This document shows, piece after piece, positions 25,121-37,632 of a stretch of 64,000 nt of DNA. The DNA lies in assembly GCF_030028105.1 (NCBI RefSeq), contig NC_092397.1:26050630-26114629 (forward strand). The letters are read 5' to 3'. Position 1 is the first letter of the stretch, and each line of letters opens with the position of its first letter. The position numbers and the translations under genes were made by a program. Origin of the DNA: Mobula birostris. Taxonomy: Eukaryota. The notes below the pieces were generated by a model. That model searched no databases. It worked only from the letters and a program-made list of their open reading frames with translations, and was not told the origin of the DNA.

Positions 25121-25630
25121 AACTCTCTCTCTCTGAACTGCCCCGTGTTCGCTTGGGTAAAACTGCGGACTGGGAACTGGCGCTGATCTGGTGAGTTACC
25201 GCTGCCGGTTCATTCCGCGGGAAGGAAATCTAACACACAAAATGGACCATAAGGCACAGGAGCAGTATTCGGCATTTGGCTCATTGTGTCTGCTAGAAAA
25301 GCAGAAGGAATGAGAAAAACACACACTCAATAATATAAAACGTTTATGTAATGAAACAGGGCAGCAGGAGATCGCAGGTCCAATTGTCATCATGAGACCC
25401 ATTTCTGTGTGAGGTTGAAAGTCGTTTATTGTCATTTGCAACTTGCTTGGAGCAGATTCATAGACACACAGTTTCAGAGACACACCATTCACAAAATAAA
25501 AGCATACTCTACAGAATTACAAACAGGTAACAGAATTTGAACAAGAGTCCATTGTAGTATAAAGTGGTCAAAGTGGTGCTGTACTGAGATGGTGATGAGG
25601 GTTGTCCAGGTTTGTTAAACAACAGAATGT

Positions 25631-25890
25631 CTGTACCCGTCAGTCTCTGGTACAGTGTAAGAGTATGGCGTTCATTCTGCACCCGTCGGTCTCTGGTACA
25701 GTGTGAGAGTGTGGGGTTCATTCTGTCCCTGTCAGTCTCTGGTACAGTGTGTGTGGGGTTCAGTCTGTACCTGTCAGTCTCTGGTACAGTGTGAGAGCAT
25801 GGGGTTCAGTCTGTACCTGTCAGTCTCTGGTACAGTGTGAGAGTATGGGGTTCATTCTGTACCTGTCAGTCTCTGGTACAGTGTGAGAGT
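25631..25890. repeat. 46-bp minisatellite, ~5.7 copies
   Basis: CTGTACC(C/T)GTCAGTCTCTGGTACAGTGTGAGAGTATGGGGTTCA(T/G)T at 25631, 25677, 25723, 25765, 25811 and 25857. Confidence 0.93.
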
Positions 25891-26329
25891 TGGACTTCAC
25901 AATGTGTCTTCCAATCTCTCATGCAGTCTAAATTTATAACGTTCTTAGAGACTCATTCTTACAATTGAACTCTTTGATTAAATCAAGTTTGCTTTTTAAA
26001 TAAAATCATACAATGTGATGAGGCTACTCAGCTTGGAAGAACAATATTTTCTGTCTGGGTAACTTTCGAACTGATAGCATGAACATTAAATTTTCAAACT
26101 TCTGGTAATGCTTCCGCCCCCCCTCACCAATTCTCATCCCCTTTTCTTCTCTCATCTTGCCCACCCATCACCTCTCTCTTGTGCTCCTCCCCCCTTTTCT
26201 TCCATGGCCTTCTCTCTCTTTCACCAATCAACTTCCCAGCTCTTTACTTTTTTCCTCCCCTTTCAGGGTTCACCGATCACCTTGTTTTCTCTCATCCCTA
26301 CCCCCACCTTTTAAATCTACTCCTCGTCT

Positions 26330-29300
26330 TTTGTATGAGTGTGAGGGCAGTTTGCTGTTCTCGGTGTCGGATGTGGGAGGCCCTGGAGTCTACAAGCCTC
26401 CCGGACGTCTACATCTGCTTGGCGCTTGCGAGATGCAGCTCCTAAGGGACCGCGTTACGGAACTGGAGCTGCAGCTCGATGACCTTCGTCTGGTCAGGGA
26501 GAGTGAGGAGGTGATAGAGAGAAGTTGCAGGCAGGTGGTCACGCCGGGGCCACGGGAGGCAGATAAGTGGGTCACGGTTAGGAGGGGGAAGGGGAAATGT
26601 CAGGTAATAGGGAGTACCCCGGTGGCTGTGCCCCTTAACAACAGGTACTCCTGTTTGAGTACTGTTGGGGGGGGGACAGCTTACCCAGGAGAAGCGACAG
26701 TGGCCGTGCCTCCAGCACAGAGTCCGGCCCTGTAGCTCAGAAGGGTAGGTCAAGGAAGAGGAGGGCAGTTGTGATAGGGGACTCGATAGTAAGGGGGTCA
26801 GATAGGCGATTCTGTGGACGCAGTCCAGAGACCTGGATGGTAGTTTGCCTCCCTGGTGCCAGGGTCCGGGATATTTCTGATCGTGTCCAAGATATCCTGA
26901 AGTGGGAGGGTGAGGAGCCAGAGGTCGTGGTACATATAGGTACCAATGACATAGGTAGGAAAAGGGATGAGGTCCTGAAAGGAGAATATAGGGAGCTAGG
27001 AAGGGAGTTGAGAAAAAGGACCGCAAAGGTAGTAATCTCGGGATTACTGCCTGTGCCACGCGACAGTGAGAGTAGGAATGCGATGAGTTGGAGGATAAAT
27101 GCGTGGCTGAGGGATTGGAGCAGGGGGCAGGGATTCAAGTTTTTGGATCATTGGGACCTCTTTTGGCACAGGCGTGACCTGTACAAAAAGGACGGGTTGC
27201 ACTTGAATCCTAGGGGGACCAATATCCTGGCAGGGAGATTAGCGGGGGCTACTGAGGTGACTTTAAACTAGAATGGTTGTGGGGTGGGAATCAAATTAAA
27301 GAGGCTAGGCGTGAGGAGGTTAGTTCACTACAGGGGGATGGGAACCAGTGCAGAGAGGCAGAGAGGTGTAAAGTGAGGGTAGAAACAAAAAGTACTAAGG
27401 AGAAAAGTAAAAGCGGCAGGCCGACAAATCCAGGGCAAGCATTAAAAAGGGCCACTTTTCAGCATAATTGTATAAGGGCTAAGAGAGTTGTAAAAGAGCG
27501 CCTGAAGGGTATGGGTAGAGCTGCGTAACACTAAGGGGCAGAAGACGCTAGTGGGAGTTGTGTACAGGCCACCTAACAGTAGTAGTGAGGTCGGAGATGG
27601 TATTAAACAGGAAATTAGAAATGTGTGCAATAAAGGAACAGCAGTTATAATGGGTGACTTCAATCTACATATAGATTGAGTGAACCAAATTGGTAAAGGT
27701 GCTGAGGAAGAGGATTTCTTGGAATGTATGCGGGATGGTTTTTTGAACCAACATGTCGAGGAACCAACTAGAGAGCAGGCTATTCTGGACTGGGTTTTGA
27801 GCAATGAGGAAGGGTTAATTAGCAATCTTGTCGTGAGATGCCCCTTGGGTAAGAGTGACCATAATATGGTGGAATTCTTCATTAAGATGGAGAATGACAT
27901 AGTTAATTCAGAAACAAAGGTTCTGAACTTAAAGAGGGGTAACTTTGAAGGTATGAGACGTGAATTAGCTAAGATAGACTGGCAAATGACACTTAAAGGA
28001 TTGACGGTGGATATGCAATGGCAAGCATTTAAAGGTTGCATGGATGAACTGCAACAAATGTTCATCCCAGTTTGGCAAAAGAATAAATCAAGGAAGGTAG
28101 TGCACCCGTGGCTGACAAGAGAAATTAGGGATAGTATCAATTCCAAAGAAGCAGCATACAAATTAGCCAGAGAAAGTGGCTCACCTGAGGACTGGGAGAA
28201 ATTCAGAGTTCAGCAGAGGAGGACAAAGGGCTTAGTTAGGAAGGGAAAAAAGATTATGAGAGAAAACTGGCAGGCAACATAAAAACGGACTGTAAAAGCT
28301 TTTATAGATATGTAAAAAGGAAAAGACTGGTAAAGACAAATGTAGGTCCCCTGCAGACAGAAACAGGTGAATTGATTATGGGGAGCAAGGACATGGCAGA
28401 CCAATTGAATAATTACTTTGGTTTTGTCTTCACTAAGGAGGACATAAATAATCTTCCAGAAATAGTAGGGGACAGAGGGTCCAGTGAGATGGAGGAACTG
28501 AGCGAAATACATGTTAGTAGGGAAGTGGTGTTAGCTAAATTGAAGGGATTGAAGGCAGATAAACCCCCAGGGCCAGATGGTCTGCATCCCAGGGTGCTTA
28601 AGGAAGTAGCCCAAGAAATAGTGGATGCATTAGTGATAATTTTTCAAAACTCGTTAGATTCTGGACTAGTTCCTGAGGATTGGAGGGTGGCTAATGTAAC
28701 TCCACTTTTTAAAAAAGGAGGGAGAGAGAAACCGGGGAATTATAGACCGGTTAGCCTAACGTCGGTGGTGGGGAAACTGCTGGAGTCAGTTATCAAGGAT
28801 GTGATAACAGCACATTTGGAAAGTGGTGAAATGATCGGACAAAGTCAGCATGGATTTGTGAAAGGAAAATCATGTCTGACGAATCTCATAGAATTTTTTG
28901 AGGATGTAACTAGTAGAGTGGATAGGGGAGAACCAGTGGATGTGGTATATTTGGATTTTCAGAAGGCTTTTGACAAGATCCCACACAGGACATTAGTGTG
29001 CAAACTTAAAGCACACGGTATTGGGTGTAAGGTATTGGTGTGGGTGGAGAATTGGTTAGCAGACAGGAAGCAAAGAGTGGGAATAAACAGGACCTTTTCA
29101 GAATGGCAGGTGGTGACTAGTGGGGTACTGCAAGGCTCAGTGCTGGGACCCCAGTTGTTTACAATATATATTAATGACTTGGATGAGGGAATTAAATGCA
29201 GCATCTCCAAGTTTGCGGATGACATGAAGCTGGGTGGCAGTGTTAGCTGTGAGGAGGATGCTAAGAGGATGCAGGGCGACTTGGATAGGTTGGGTGAGTG

Positions 29301-30137
29301 GGCAAATTCATGGCAGATGCAATTTAATGTGGATAAATGTGAAGTTGTCCACTTTGGTGGCAAAAATGGGAAAACGGATTATTATCTGAATGGTGGCCGA
29401 TTAGGAAAAGGGGAGGTGCAACGAGACCTGGGTGTCATTATACACCAGTCATTGAAAGTGGGCATGCAGGTACAGCAGGCGGTGAAAAAGGCGAATGGTA
29501 TGCTGGCATTTATAGCGAGAGGATTCGAGTACAGGAGTAGGGAGGTACTACTGCAGTTGTACAAGGCCTTGGTGAGACCACATCTGGAGTATTGTGTGCA
29601 GTTTTGGTCCCCTAATCCGAGGAAAGACATCCTTGCCATAGGGGGAGTACAAAGAAGGTTCACCAGATTGATTCCTGGGATGGCAGGACTTTCATATGAA
29701 GAAAGACTGGATGAACTGGGCTTGTACTCATTGGAATTTAGAAGATTGAGGGGGGATCTGATTGAAACGTATAAGATCCTAAAGGGATTGGACAGGCTAG
29801 ATGCAGGAAGATCGTTCCCGATGTTGGGGAAGTCCAGAATGAGGGGCCACAGTTTGAGGATAGGGGGGAAGCCTTTTAGGACCGAAATTAGGAAAAACTT
29901 CTTCACACAGAGAGCGGTGAATCTGTGGAATTCTCTGCCACAGGAAACAGTTGAGGCCAGTTCATTGGCTATATTTAAGAGGGAGTTAGATATGGCCCTT
30001 GTGGCTACGGGGGTCAGGGGGTATGGAGGGAAGGCTGGAGCGGTGTTCTGAGTTGGATGATCAGCCATGATCATAATAAATGGTGGTGCAGGCTCAAAGG
30101 GCCGAATGGCCTACTCCTGCACCTATTTTCTATGTTT
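26330..30137 (+). mobile_element. Near full-length CR1 LINE, non-autonomous
   Basis: ORF1 with CxxC, zipper and SGNH esterase (GDSIVRG, HIGTND, DGLHLN), frameshifted; EN N-terminus deleted at ~27508; stop and frameshift before the RT; CR1 tail. Confidence 0.95.
28372..30051 (+). CDS. CR1 reverse transcriptase ORF (559-aa open stretch)
   Basis: PGPDGLHPRVLKE, YLDFQKAFDKI, QGSVLGP and FADD. Confidence 0.85.
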   Translation: MIMGSKDMADQLNNYFGFVFTKEDINNLPEIVGDRGSSEMEELSEIHVSREVVLAKLKGLKADKPPGPDGLHPRVLKEVAQEIVDALVIIFQNSLDSGLVPEDWRVANVTPLFKKGGREKPGNYRPVSLTSVVGKLLESVIKDVITAHLESGEMIGQSQHGFVKGKSCLTNLIEFFEDVTSRVDRGEPVDVVYLDFQKAFDKIPHRTLVCKLKAHGIGCKVLVWVENWLADRKQRVGINRTFSEWQVVTSGVLQGSVLGPQLFTIYINDLDEGIKCSISKFADDMKLGGSVSCEEDAKRMQGDLDRLGEWANSWQMQFNVDKCEVVHFGGKNGKTDYYLNGGRLGKGEVQRDLGVIIHQSLKVGMQVQQAVKKANGMLAFIARGFEYRSREVLLQLYKALVRPHLEYCVQFWSPNPRKDILAIGGVQRRFTRLIPGMAGLSYEERLDELGLYSLEFRRLRGDLIETYKILKGLDRLDAGRSFPMLGKSRMRGHSLRIGGKPFRTEIRKNFFTQRAVNLWNSLPQETVEASSLAIFKRELDMALVATGVRGYGGKAGAVF

Positions 30138-31570
30138 TCATCTCCAGTCTTGCCGAAGGGTTTTGGACGGAAACATTGACTGTATTTTTTTGTTCTACAG
30201 GTGCTACCTGGCCTGCTCAGTTCTTTTGTCTGTGTTGATTGGATTTGCAGCAACTGCAGATTTTCTCCTGTTTGTGCCACAATGCTGTACATCAGTGTAT
30301 CAGCGATGATGTGTCTGGTTACATTGTACTAATCTGAATGGACTGTGGAGCGCAGCCTCCAGAGCAACAAGTCCAGACTATTGAATCCAACTCTGGTCTT
30401 GTGATAAATATGTAACTTTCCTCGAGTCTCTGCATGGCGGGGGGGGGGGGGGTTTGAATGGTGTGTAGCGTGTAGCAACATTCAGGCTGATGGAATTCAG
30501 AATGATTTTGACTGTAGATACGTAACCCATGTGTCCACTGTGATCAGTGATGGGACCTCTGTCTGATCAGATTAAAACACACATGGGCTGATCAGATCGC
30601 TGATGACACAAATGTGGGTGCAGTTGTGGGTGGTGAGGAAGGTTGTCAAACAGACAGAACTGGATGTAGATCAATTGGAATCATGGATGAAGAAATGGGG
30701 GGCAGAGTTTAATCTGGACAAGTGTGAGGAGTTTACAGGTCCAATGTTGGAGGAAACTCCACAGTAAATGGCAACACCCTTGGAAGCACTGATATATCTT
30801 GATGTGTTTGTCCATAACATCCTACAAGTGAAATTGAAAGGAAATAAACTGCTATAAAGATCACAGAGTGAGAGGACTTGGGAGGAAGGGGGTGTCTGTG
30901 TAGGGTAATGAAATGGGTGGAAACACGCAGAATTAACAACCACCAACATTGAGCTGTGTTTCTCTTTAAGAGGCTGGACAGATGTTATGATGTAATTAGG
31001 TGATTTTTTTTAAACCGTGCTTTGTTTCTGTGTTTGGAGAACAATAAATGAGTCGTTATAGTTGTCCTTAAACATAAAATGCCTCATGCCATTTTATTTG
31101 CAAAAGCCCACAATAACATACTGGGTACCAGTAGCATTCACACCACAAGAATACCGCAGTGTCAAGCTGCACCCAGAAAGCCTGATCACATTCTCTTCAG
31201 CTTCAATGGCATTGCTGACTCTGGGTTTACCATGGTCGAATGCCAGCAGGGTCATAATCAGCAGAAACTCTCACAAAGCAGCTCTGTTTGTATTGTGTGC
31301 TTTAGTAGGTCTGTGGGAGATACCCAGAATGTGAAACTATACTAATGGAGAGAGACACACTGACCCAAGTAACAGCTTGATGGGCAGAGAGGAAAACAGA
31401 GAATTTGATGTTGTGTCCTAATGCCTGAACTATGCCCAGTTACAAATGTTGTTCCTCCAAACTGTGTTCAGCTTCACTGTAACAGTGTGACATCAGACAT
31501 CAACATGAAAACTAAAATAATCTCAGCTGAGGTGTATTCTCTTTCACCTGTTGATCTTCTTTGCAAACAT

Positions 31571-32750
31571 TTTACAGGGCAGAAAAGACTGAATTTCTGT
31601 CTGAGAATCTCAAACACAACAGTGTGTCGGTTCTCACGTGTTTGTCAGTTCCCCAACATTCGAATGCTACCAACCATTGAATGTGAAGGATGAGATGGTT
31701 GAGAAGACAGCACACTAGTCTTTGCAAGGAGAACCCCAATATGTGGACATGTCCATGATCTGACCTGATAAATGGCCAGTGTTGATACTGGTGAGCTGAC
31801 ATTCACCGCAAGGGATTCACCAGGCCACTGCACTCGCAGATACACCAGCAAGTTCACACGGGAAGAGGCCATTCACCTGCTCCGTGTGTGGGACAGGATT
31901 CATTCAGTCACATGAGCTCTTACAACACCAGCCAGTTCACACGGGGAGAGGCCATTCACCTGCTCTGTGCATGGGACGGGATTGATTCAGTCACATGACC
32001 TCTTACAACACCAGCAAGTTCACACGGGAAGAGGCCATTCACCTGCTCTGTGCATGGGGCGGGATTGATTCAGTGACATGGGCTATTACAATACCAGGCA
32101 GTTCACACGGGGAGAGGACATTCACCTGCTCCGTGTGTGGGGCGGGATTGATTCAGTCACATGAGCTATTACAATACCAGCCAGTTCACACGGGGAGAGG
32201 ACATTCACCTGCTCCGTGTGTGGGACAGGATTCATTCAGTCACATGAGCTATTACAACACCAGCCAGTTCACACGGGGAGAGGACATTCACCTGCTCCGT
32301 GTGTGGGGCGGGATTTATTCAGTGACATGAGCTATTACAACACCAGCCAGTTCACACGGGAAGAGGACATTCACCTGCTCCGTGTGTGGGGCGGGATTTA
32401 TTCAGTGACATGAGCTATTACAACACCAGCCAGTTCACACGGGGAGAGGACATTCACCTGCTCCGTGTGTGGGGCGGGATTTATTCAGTGACATGAGCTA
32501 TTACAATACCAGGCAGTTCACGCCAGTGAGCAGCTGTACTTGGCTCTGTTGTCTCGGTCTCTCAGTATAGCTTCACACCTGCTCCGAGTGTGGGAGGAGA
32601 TTCATTCAGTTCACCCACTTTGTGAGGCTCCAGTGAGTTTATAATACATAGAGGACACACTTCGGTCTTGTGTCGGTAAGGAAGTTTATGCAGTCATCCC
32701 ACCTGCTGAAACACTGGCAACTTCACAGCAGGGAGGAAGTTGAAATAAGC
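31571..32750 (+). pseudogene. Tandem C2H2 zinc-finger pseudogene
   Basis: Repeated [23 protein letters not shown]; frameshift in every linker; TGA stops; C->H and H->Y ligand losses; degenerate flanking fingers; candidate acceptor TTTTACAG at ~31571-31577. Confidence 0.88.
31843..32520 (+). repeat. 83-bp tandem array derived from a zinc-finger unit, 8 full copies plus a partial
   Basis: Unit starts at 31843, 31926, 32009, 32092, 32175, 32258, 32341, 32424 and 32507. Confidence 0.95.
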
Positions 32751-33804
32751 TCCATGTGAACATTTTAATCATCATGGTGACTGAATCTAGTTGGAAGTTC
32801 ATGTGAGACTGTTAATGTCAGATTCTGCAGATATTGCAACTGATCACTGAGCATTGGAGAGTTCATTCTGCTGATGTTAGTTTTAAACAACACTGGTGTT
32901 TAATATTGTGGATCTGTGACAAATTAATCAGTTCTATTTCAGATCCTGTGTCTCAGGTGCTTCCCGCCTGTCACACAGCTAATGTACAGTAGACAGGCCA
33001 CTCAGTTCATCTGGTACCTGCTCATATTCCTGTTGCACAGCAGAGCTTTCAAACCCATCCCTGCTGTTCACCACTCACTCACCCTATAAAATTCAGCTTG
33101 CAACTGCTCACCGGTCTGTGAATGAACAGGTTTACTTTGAATTAAATCCCGAACTTTCTGGAAACTGCAGAAGATGAATTCACGAGGGTTTTGTCCCAAA
33201 TATTCCTCATCCCTCACAGCTCTGGACCAAGGAAGAAGTCTTGTGTGCTTAAAATCTTCCTGTCCTGCTCTATTCATTATTTTGTCATTTTCACTGATTT
33301 CGAAGGTCTGTGCCTCACCCTGCTGGGCTGTTGCAATACAACACTCTCCTCTAAAGTACGACAGCAGAATGGTAGAGCAGAAACAAGAGGAGTCAGCACA
33401 AATGAGGGCTTTGGGGCTCCAGATGTGATGGAGGCTCAAGTTTACGTGGAGTAGAAGGGAATCAGACCAGGAGGATGAGGCTGCAAATGAAAGTTCAGCA
33501 ACATTTGGAAACTGATTGAAAAAAAGAGGTTTATGTTTGCAAAGTGCTGGAGGGAGTCAGTGGCCCCAGCAGCATCTATGCAGAGGAATAAATAGTTGAT
33601 ATTATGGGCCAAGACACTTCATCCTATCTAGACTGTTTATTCCTCTGTTTAGCTGCTGCCTGACCTGCTGAGTTCCCGCAGTACTTTGTGTGTGTTAGTT
33701 TACAGTTTATTCCCAGCATCTGCTGAACCTCGAGTTTCATATCTGCATTTCGAAGTGAGCGGGACTTTGACAGTTGTCACACAAAGTGCCTGTTGACATT
33801 GAGT

Positions 33805-34340
33805 AATAAACAGGAGAAAATCTGCAGATGCTGGAAATCCAAGGAACACACACAACATGCTGGAGAAACTCTGCAGGCCAGGCAGCATCTGTGGATAAAA
33901 GTACAGCCGATGTTTTGGGACAAGGTTCTTCAGCAGGACTGGAGAAAAAACAATGAGGAGTAAATTTTAAAGGTGGGGAGGGGACAGAGAAACACAAAGT
34001 GACAGGTGGAATTGGGAGGGGGAGGGATGAAGTAAAGAGCTGGGAAGTTGTTTGGTGAAAGAGATACAGGGCTGGAGAAGGGGGAGTCTGACAGGAGAGA
34101 ACAGAAGGCCATGGATGAAAGAAAAGTGGGGAGGAACACCAGAGGGAGGCGATGGGCAGGCAATGAGAGGGAAAGGGGGATTGGGAATGATGAGCGAGGG
34201 GAGGCATGACTGGAAGATCAAGAAGTCGATGTTCATGCCATCAGATTGGAGGCTGCCCAGACAGAATACAAAGTGTTGTTCCTCTTACCTGAGTGTGGCC
34301 TCATTGCAACAGTATACAAGGCCATGGATTGACATCTCCA
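33805..34340 (-). mobile_element. Penelope-like 3' fragment
   Basis: Reverse complement matches the GIY-YIG C-terminus and tail of 17930-18460. Confidence 0.8.
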
Positions 34341-34369
34341 TTGAGTACACTGTTTGTGGAAGCTTGCTG

Positions 34370-36445
34370 TGTTCAAGTAGCTGCGGAGTTTTCTGCATAA
34401 AATCATTGACCGCTTTTGAAACATGTGGCGTGGAACCAGCACTTGCCCCTCAAATTAATCCAGTCTGTTAACAACAGCACATCACCTCCCTTTTCCAAAA
34501 TACAATTCAACCACACTATCACCATCCATTCCGTAAGTTTACACAAATGGGACATCAGTGATATTGGTCTATAACTAGAAGGATCCAACAGGAGTTTCCC
34601 AGGTTTTAGAATAGACGCTACAATTGCCATTTTCCATGAGGATGGAAGATGGCCTGAATTCCAATTATGATTCAGAAATGTAATATTATCTCAAGAGAGC
34701 TGCTGGCCATATGTTTAAACATGCAATAACATGTATCTGTTGCACAGACGTGGTTGGGGATGAACCCAAGTGCAGGACACAGGCACTGAGGCAGAGTTGT
34801 GAGGCGTTAGCACCACTGTAAACGGGGAACCGGTATCCAGGAGAGTCTTTACACAGAGACAAGGGTCACGTAGTGTATCCAGGAAACGATGCAGAACTTA
34901 GAACTGACAGTCCTCAGGAATCAGATTTACTCACATGAGAGTTGACCAATGAATTGGCAGCTCCTTGTTGTGATCACAGTGTCTTTATCCTGCATTTCCT
35001 GATGGAAAGCAGGTGTGTGCAGTTAGTGGAACCTGGGAATGATTGGAAATTCAATGAGGGAATTGAGGCCCAATTGCTGAGGTAACTAGCAAGGTTGGGG
35101 ATTGCCAGAAGGGACCATGACAGTACCATCCTTTCCCGGAGCTGCCTGACCTGTTCTATTAATAACTTTCTTAAACTCACACAAAGAAAATTCTACTTCG
35201 TTATCACTGCTACAGCTGATTTCCAACACGTCGGGGTATTCTCTTAAAACCTTATCCCTACATTGTTTAGTCTCTTCATTATTTTGATTATGAATTGCAG
35301 AAAAGGACCGAGCCAGTAACTAAACCCTCTCCATTTCAGTAACAATTGTATTACCTTCTTTAATCAATACTGGGAACCCTATGAATCCCACACCCCTATT
35401 GTCTTAATCATTCCTCAAACATCTCCAAGTTTAATAGTCCTTCCAATACTTTCACAATATGACCTCGCGTAAATCTTTTTCACAACCTTCATTACTTTCC
35501 TCACCATGGTCCGTGACCTGTTACACTTAATATGATCATGCAGAGAGTGATATGCATAACTTTCTGAAATGCCTTATTTCTCTCAATAATTGCCTCTGCA
35601 CACTCCTCCATCACCCATTGTCCAGCTTTTCTCCTATTAATGCACTATGAATCTCTTCCACCACAATCTGATGAATAACATGACAGCGTTTCTTTGCAGA
35701 AATCCACATCATCCTCACCATTCAGCCCAGACAGACGCTCACCACATAAAACATTCAAACTTCTCCCAAGTTGCTTTACCAAAGTTCCACTTCCTAAAAG
35801 TGGCCTCCTTTCCCCTACATAAATCCAAACCCAAGCTTATAAATACAGGAAAATGATCGCTCCCCAATGCTTCATCTCCCATGGCATCCCACTCACTCAT
35901 TGCAGCCTGAATGTTTGAAATTAAAGTTAAATTTACAGCAGTTTCAGAACTATTATGAACATTAAATCTCACAACTGTCCCACCAGTAAGACACAAGATG
36001 TGAACTGTCTAAAACTCTTCTACAATCAAACCATCGCCATCATTCTGAGAACAACCCCACAGTGAACTGTATGCATTAAAACCCCCACACCACACAACCC
36101 TTAGTGAGCTAGAGCTACATATACTGTCCAACAAATCAATCGAAAGCTTTCCATAGTGGTTATAATATACCACTTTACTGTCCTTACCTGTTGAATCAAA
36201 TATTTCTACAAGTGCCTCATACATTTCATTTACATCTCCAACTCCATGCCCTCTCCCTTTCTTTATAAAACTTGCAACACCACTTCCTGTACCAACTAAT
36301 CTATCACGCCTAATTACAATTTAATCCTGGAAGAAAGAATTTAAATGCGGTAACAACCAGGTTCCCTCAATACATACAACGTCGGATAGATTTGATAAAT
36401 CAGAAATAAACTTCAAGTCTTCACCATTAAAAATCAGGCTTCTAG
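34370..36445 (-). mobile_element. I-clade (Nimb-like) LINE ORF2 fragment (EN + RT start)
   Basis: SRSLIFNG...DVVCIEGTWL...RRDR..G.GSGVASF; WCGGFNAYSSLWG; LGSDHFPV; APGKDG; SSYRPISLMSHLCKLTE. Confidence 0.75.
34738..35122. mobile_element. Solo LTR inserted in the Nimb-like LINE
   Basis: TGT...ACA ends; flanks GTATC/GTACC (imperfect 5-bp TSD); interrupts the PGKDG motif region. Confidence 0.7.
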
Positions 36446-36454
36446 AAATACGTC

Positions 36455-36870
36455 TTATCGCCCTTCCTTATACAGTCTGGAGGATAGTCGTGGGGCGTTT
36501 ATGATTGGTGAAACAGTGCCTTATCTGATTGGAAAGATGAAGTATTCTAATCAGAGAGCTGCTTTATTCACCAATCAAGAGACAGCAACGGCAGAAGCGC
36601 GGAAAATAACCGTTTAACCGCTGAAATAAACTGAAATTTGCAAAAGACCGCCAAAAAAGCCGTTGCTGTTGAAATTAAACAGGTTTGTTTGTCGACCCTT
36701 TACCCCCGTTACTGGAGTCCGACACATTTAAACCGGGTGTAGTTAATACTGCGATGGTGTCTGGGAACTTAGTTCACCGATTTCTTTCAATTGATAAACG
36801 ATTGGAATAAAACAGATTCTCTACTTCTGTTCGCGGTCGGTCATTGTGAACGGGTCGCCCTTCAGAAAGT
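36455..36870 (-). promoter_or_regulatory. Orphan H2A promoter / H2B-H2A spacer (H2A CDS absent)
   Basis: Collinear similarity to ~23700-24150, including TATA (~36468-36473), ATTGG boxes, GAGCTGC..TCACCAATC and AGAAGCGCGGAAA. Confidence 0.8.
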
Positions 36871-37204
36871 GGAGCTTTAACAAATACTCTGAACGAACCG
36901 TGACTGTGTTCAGCTCTCGCGTTGGAATGGGGTTAAGAGAAGTAACCAAAATGGGACAAAGCTTAAGGAACCGCATTCTCCAGGGCAATTAAACCAGAAA
37001 CAATTAGTGTCCTCTTCAGGGAAATATGATGAACGAGAGAAAACGACGGGGAAGGGGTGCGTAACGATTCCGTGCTGTGCAGTCGGCTGGGATATAACAG
37101 AGAAATCAGACTATACTGAGCAGTGGACAGCAAGCTCTGATTAACGGAGATAAGATTCTGAAATGAGATCAACAAAAAATAACTCTTTTAATGAAGCCGT
37201 GAGT

Positions 37205-37220
37205 GGCTTTTAAAAGAGCC
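37205..37220 (-). terminator. Histone stem-loop with stem mismatch (H2B copy 2)
   Basis: GGCTCT-TTTA-AAAGCC: C.A mismatch at stem pair 5. Confidence 0.85.
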
Positions 37221-37257
37221 TTTGATTTTCTGGTTTGTTTTGTCAGTGAACTTGTCT

Positions 37258-37632
37258 TCACTTGGAGCTGGTGTACTTGGTCACCGCCTTTGTCCCTTCG
37301 GACACGGCGTGCTTGGCCAGCTCCCCGGGCAGCAGCAGCCGCACGGCGGTCTGGATCTCCCGGGAGCTGATGGTTGACCGCTTGTTGTAATGGGCCAGGC
37401 GGGAAGCCTCGCCCGCGATGCGCTCGAAAATATCGTTGACGAATGAATTCATGATGCTCATGGCCTTGGAAGAGATGCCGCTGTCGGGGTGAACCTGCTT
37501 CATCACTTTGTAGATGTAGATGGCGTAAGTCTCCTTCTTCGATCTCTTGCGCTTCTTGCCAGACTTGCTCGCTGGTTTGGACAAAGCTTTCTTGGCGCCC
37601 TTCTTGGGAGCGGGTTTCGCTGGATCCGGCAT
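37258..37632 (-). CDS. H2B: Histone H2B copy 2 (124 aa)
   Basis: [11 protein letters not shown]...[23 protein letters not shown]...KYTSSK; ATG at 37632. Confidence 0.97.
   Translation of the reverse strand: MPDPAKPAPKKGAKKALSKPASKSGKKRKRSKKETYAIYIYKVMKQVHPDSGISSKAMSIMNSFVNDIFERIAGEASRLAHYNKRSTISSREIQTAVRLLLPGELAKHAVSEGTKAVTKYTSSK

Larger units (their letters stand above)
26010..30275 (+). mobile_element. Penelope-like 3' remnant split by the CR1 insertion (26010-26329 and 30138-30275)
   Basis: ...CCTTTTAAATCTACTCCTC | CATCTCCAGTCTTGCCGAAGGG... is contiguous in the copy at ~33900-33975(-). Confidence 0.7.

Noticed and set aside
26330-30137. Active autonomous CR1
   Set aside because: ORF1 frameshifts, EN N-terminal deletion, and a stop and frameshift upstream of the RT ORF
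31843-32520. Programmed frameshifting restoring a full ZnF protein
   Set aside because: Finger-frame TGA stops and lost Cys/His ligands in several units make a functional product unlikely
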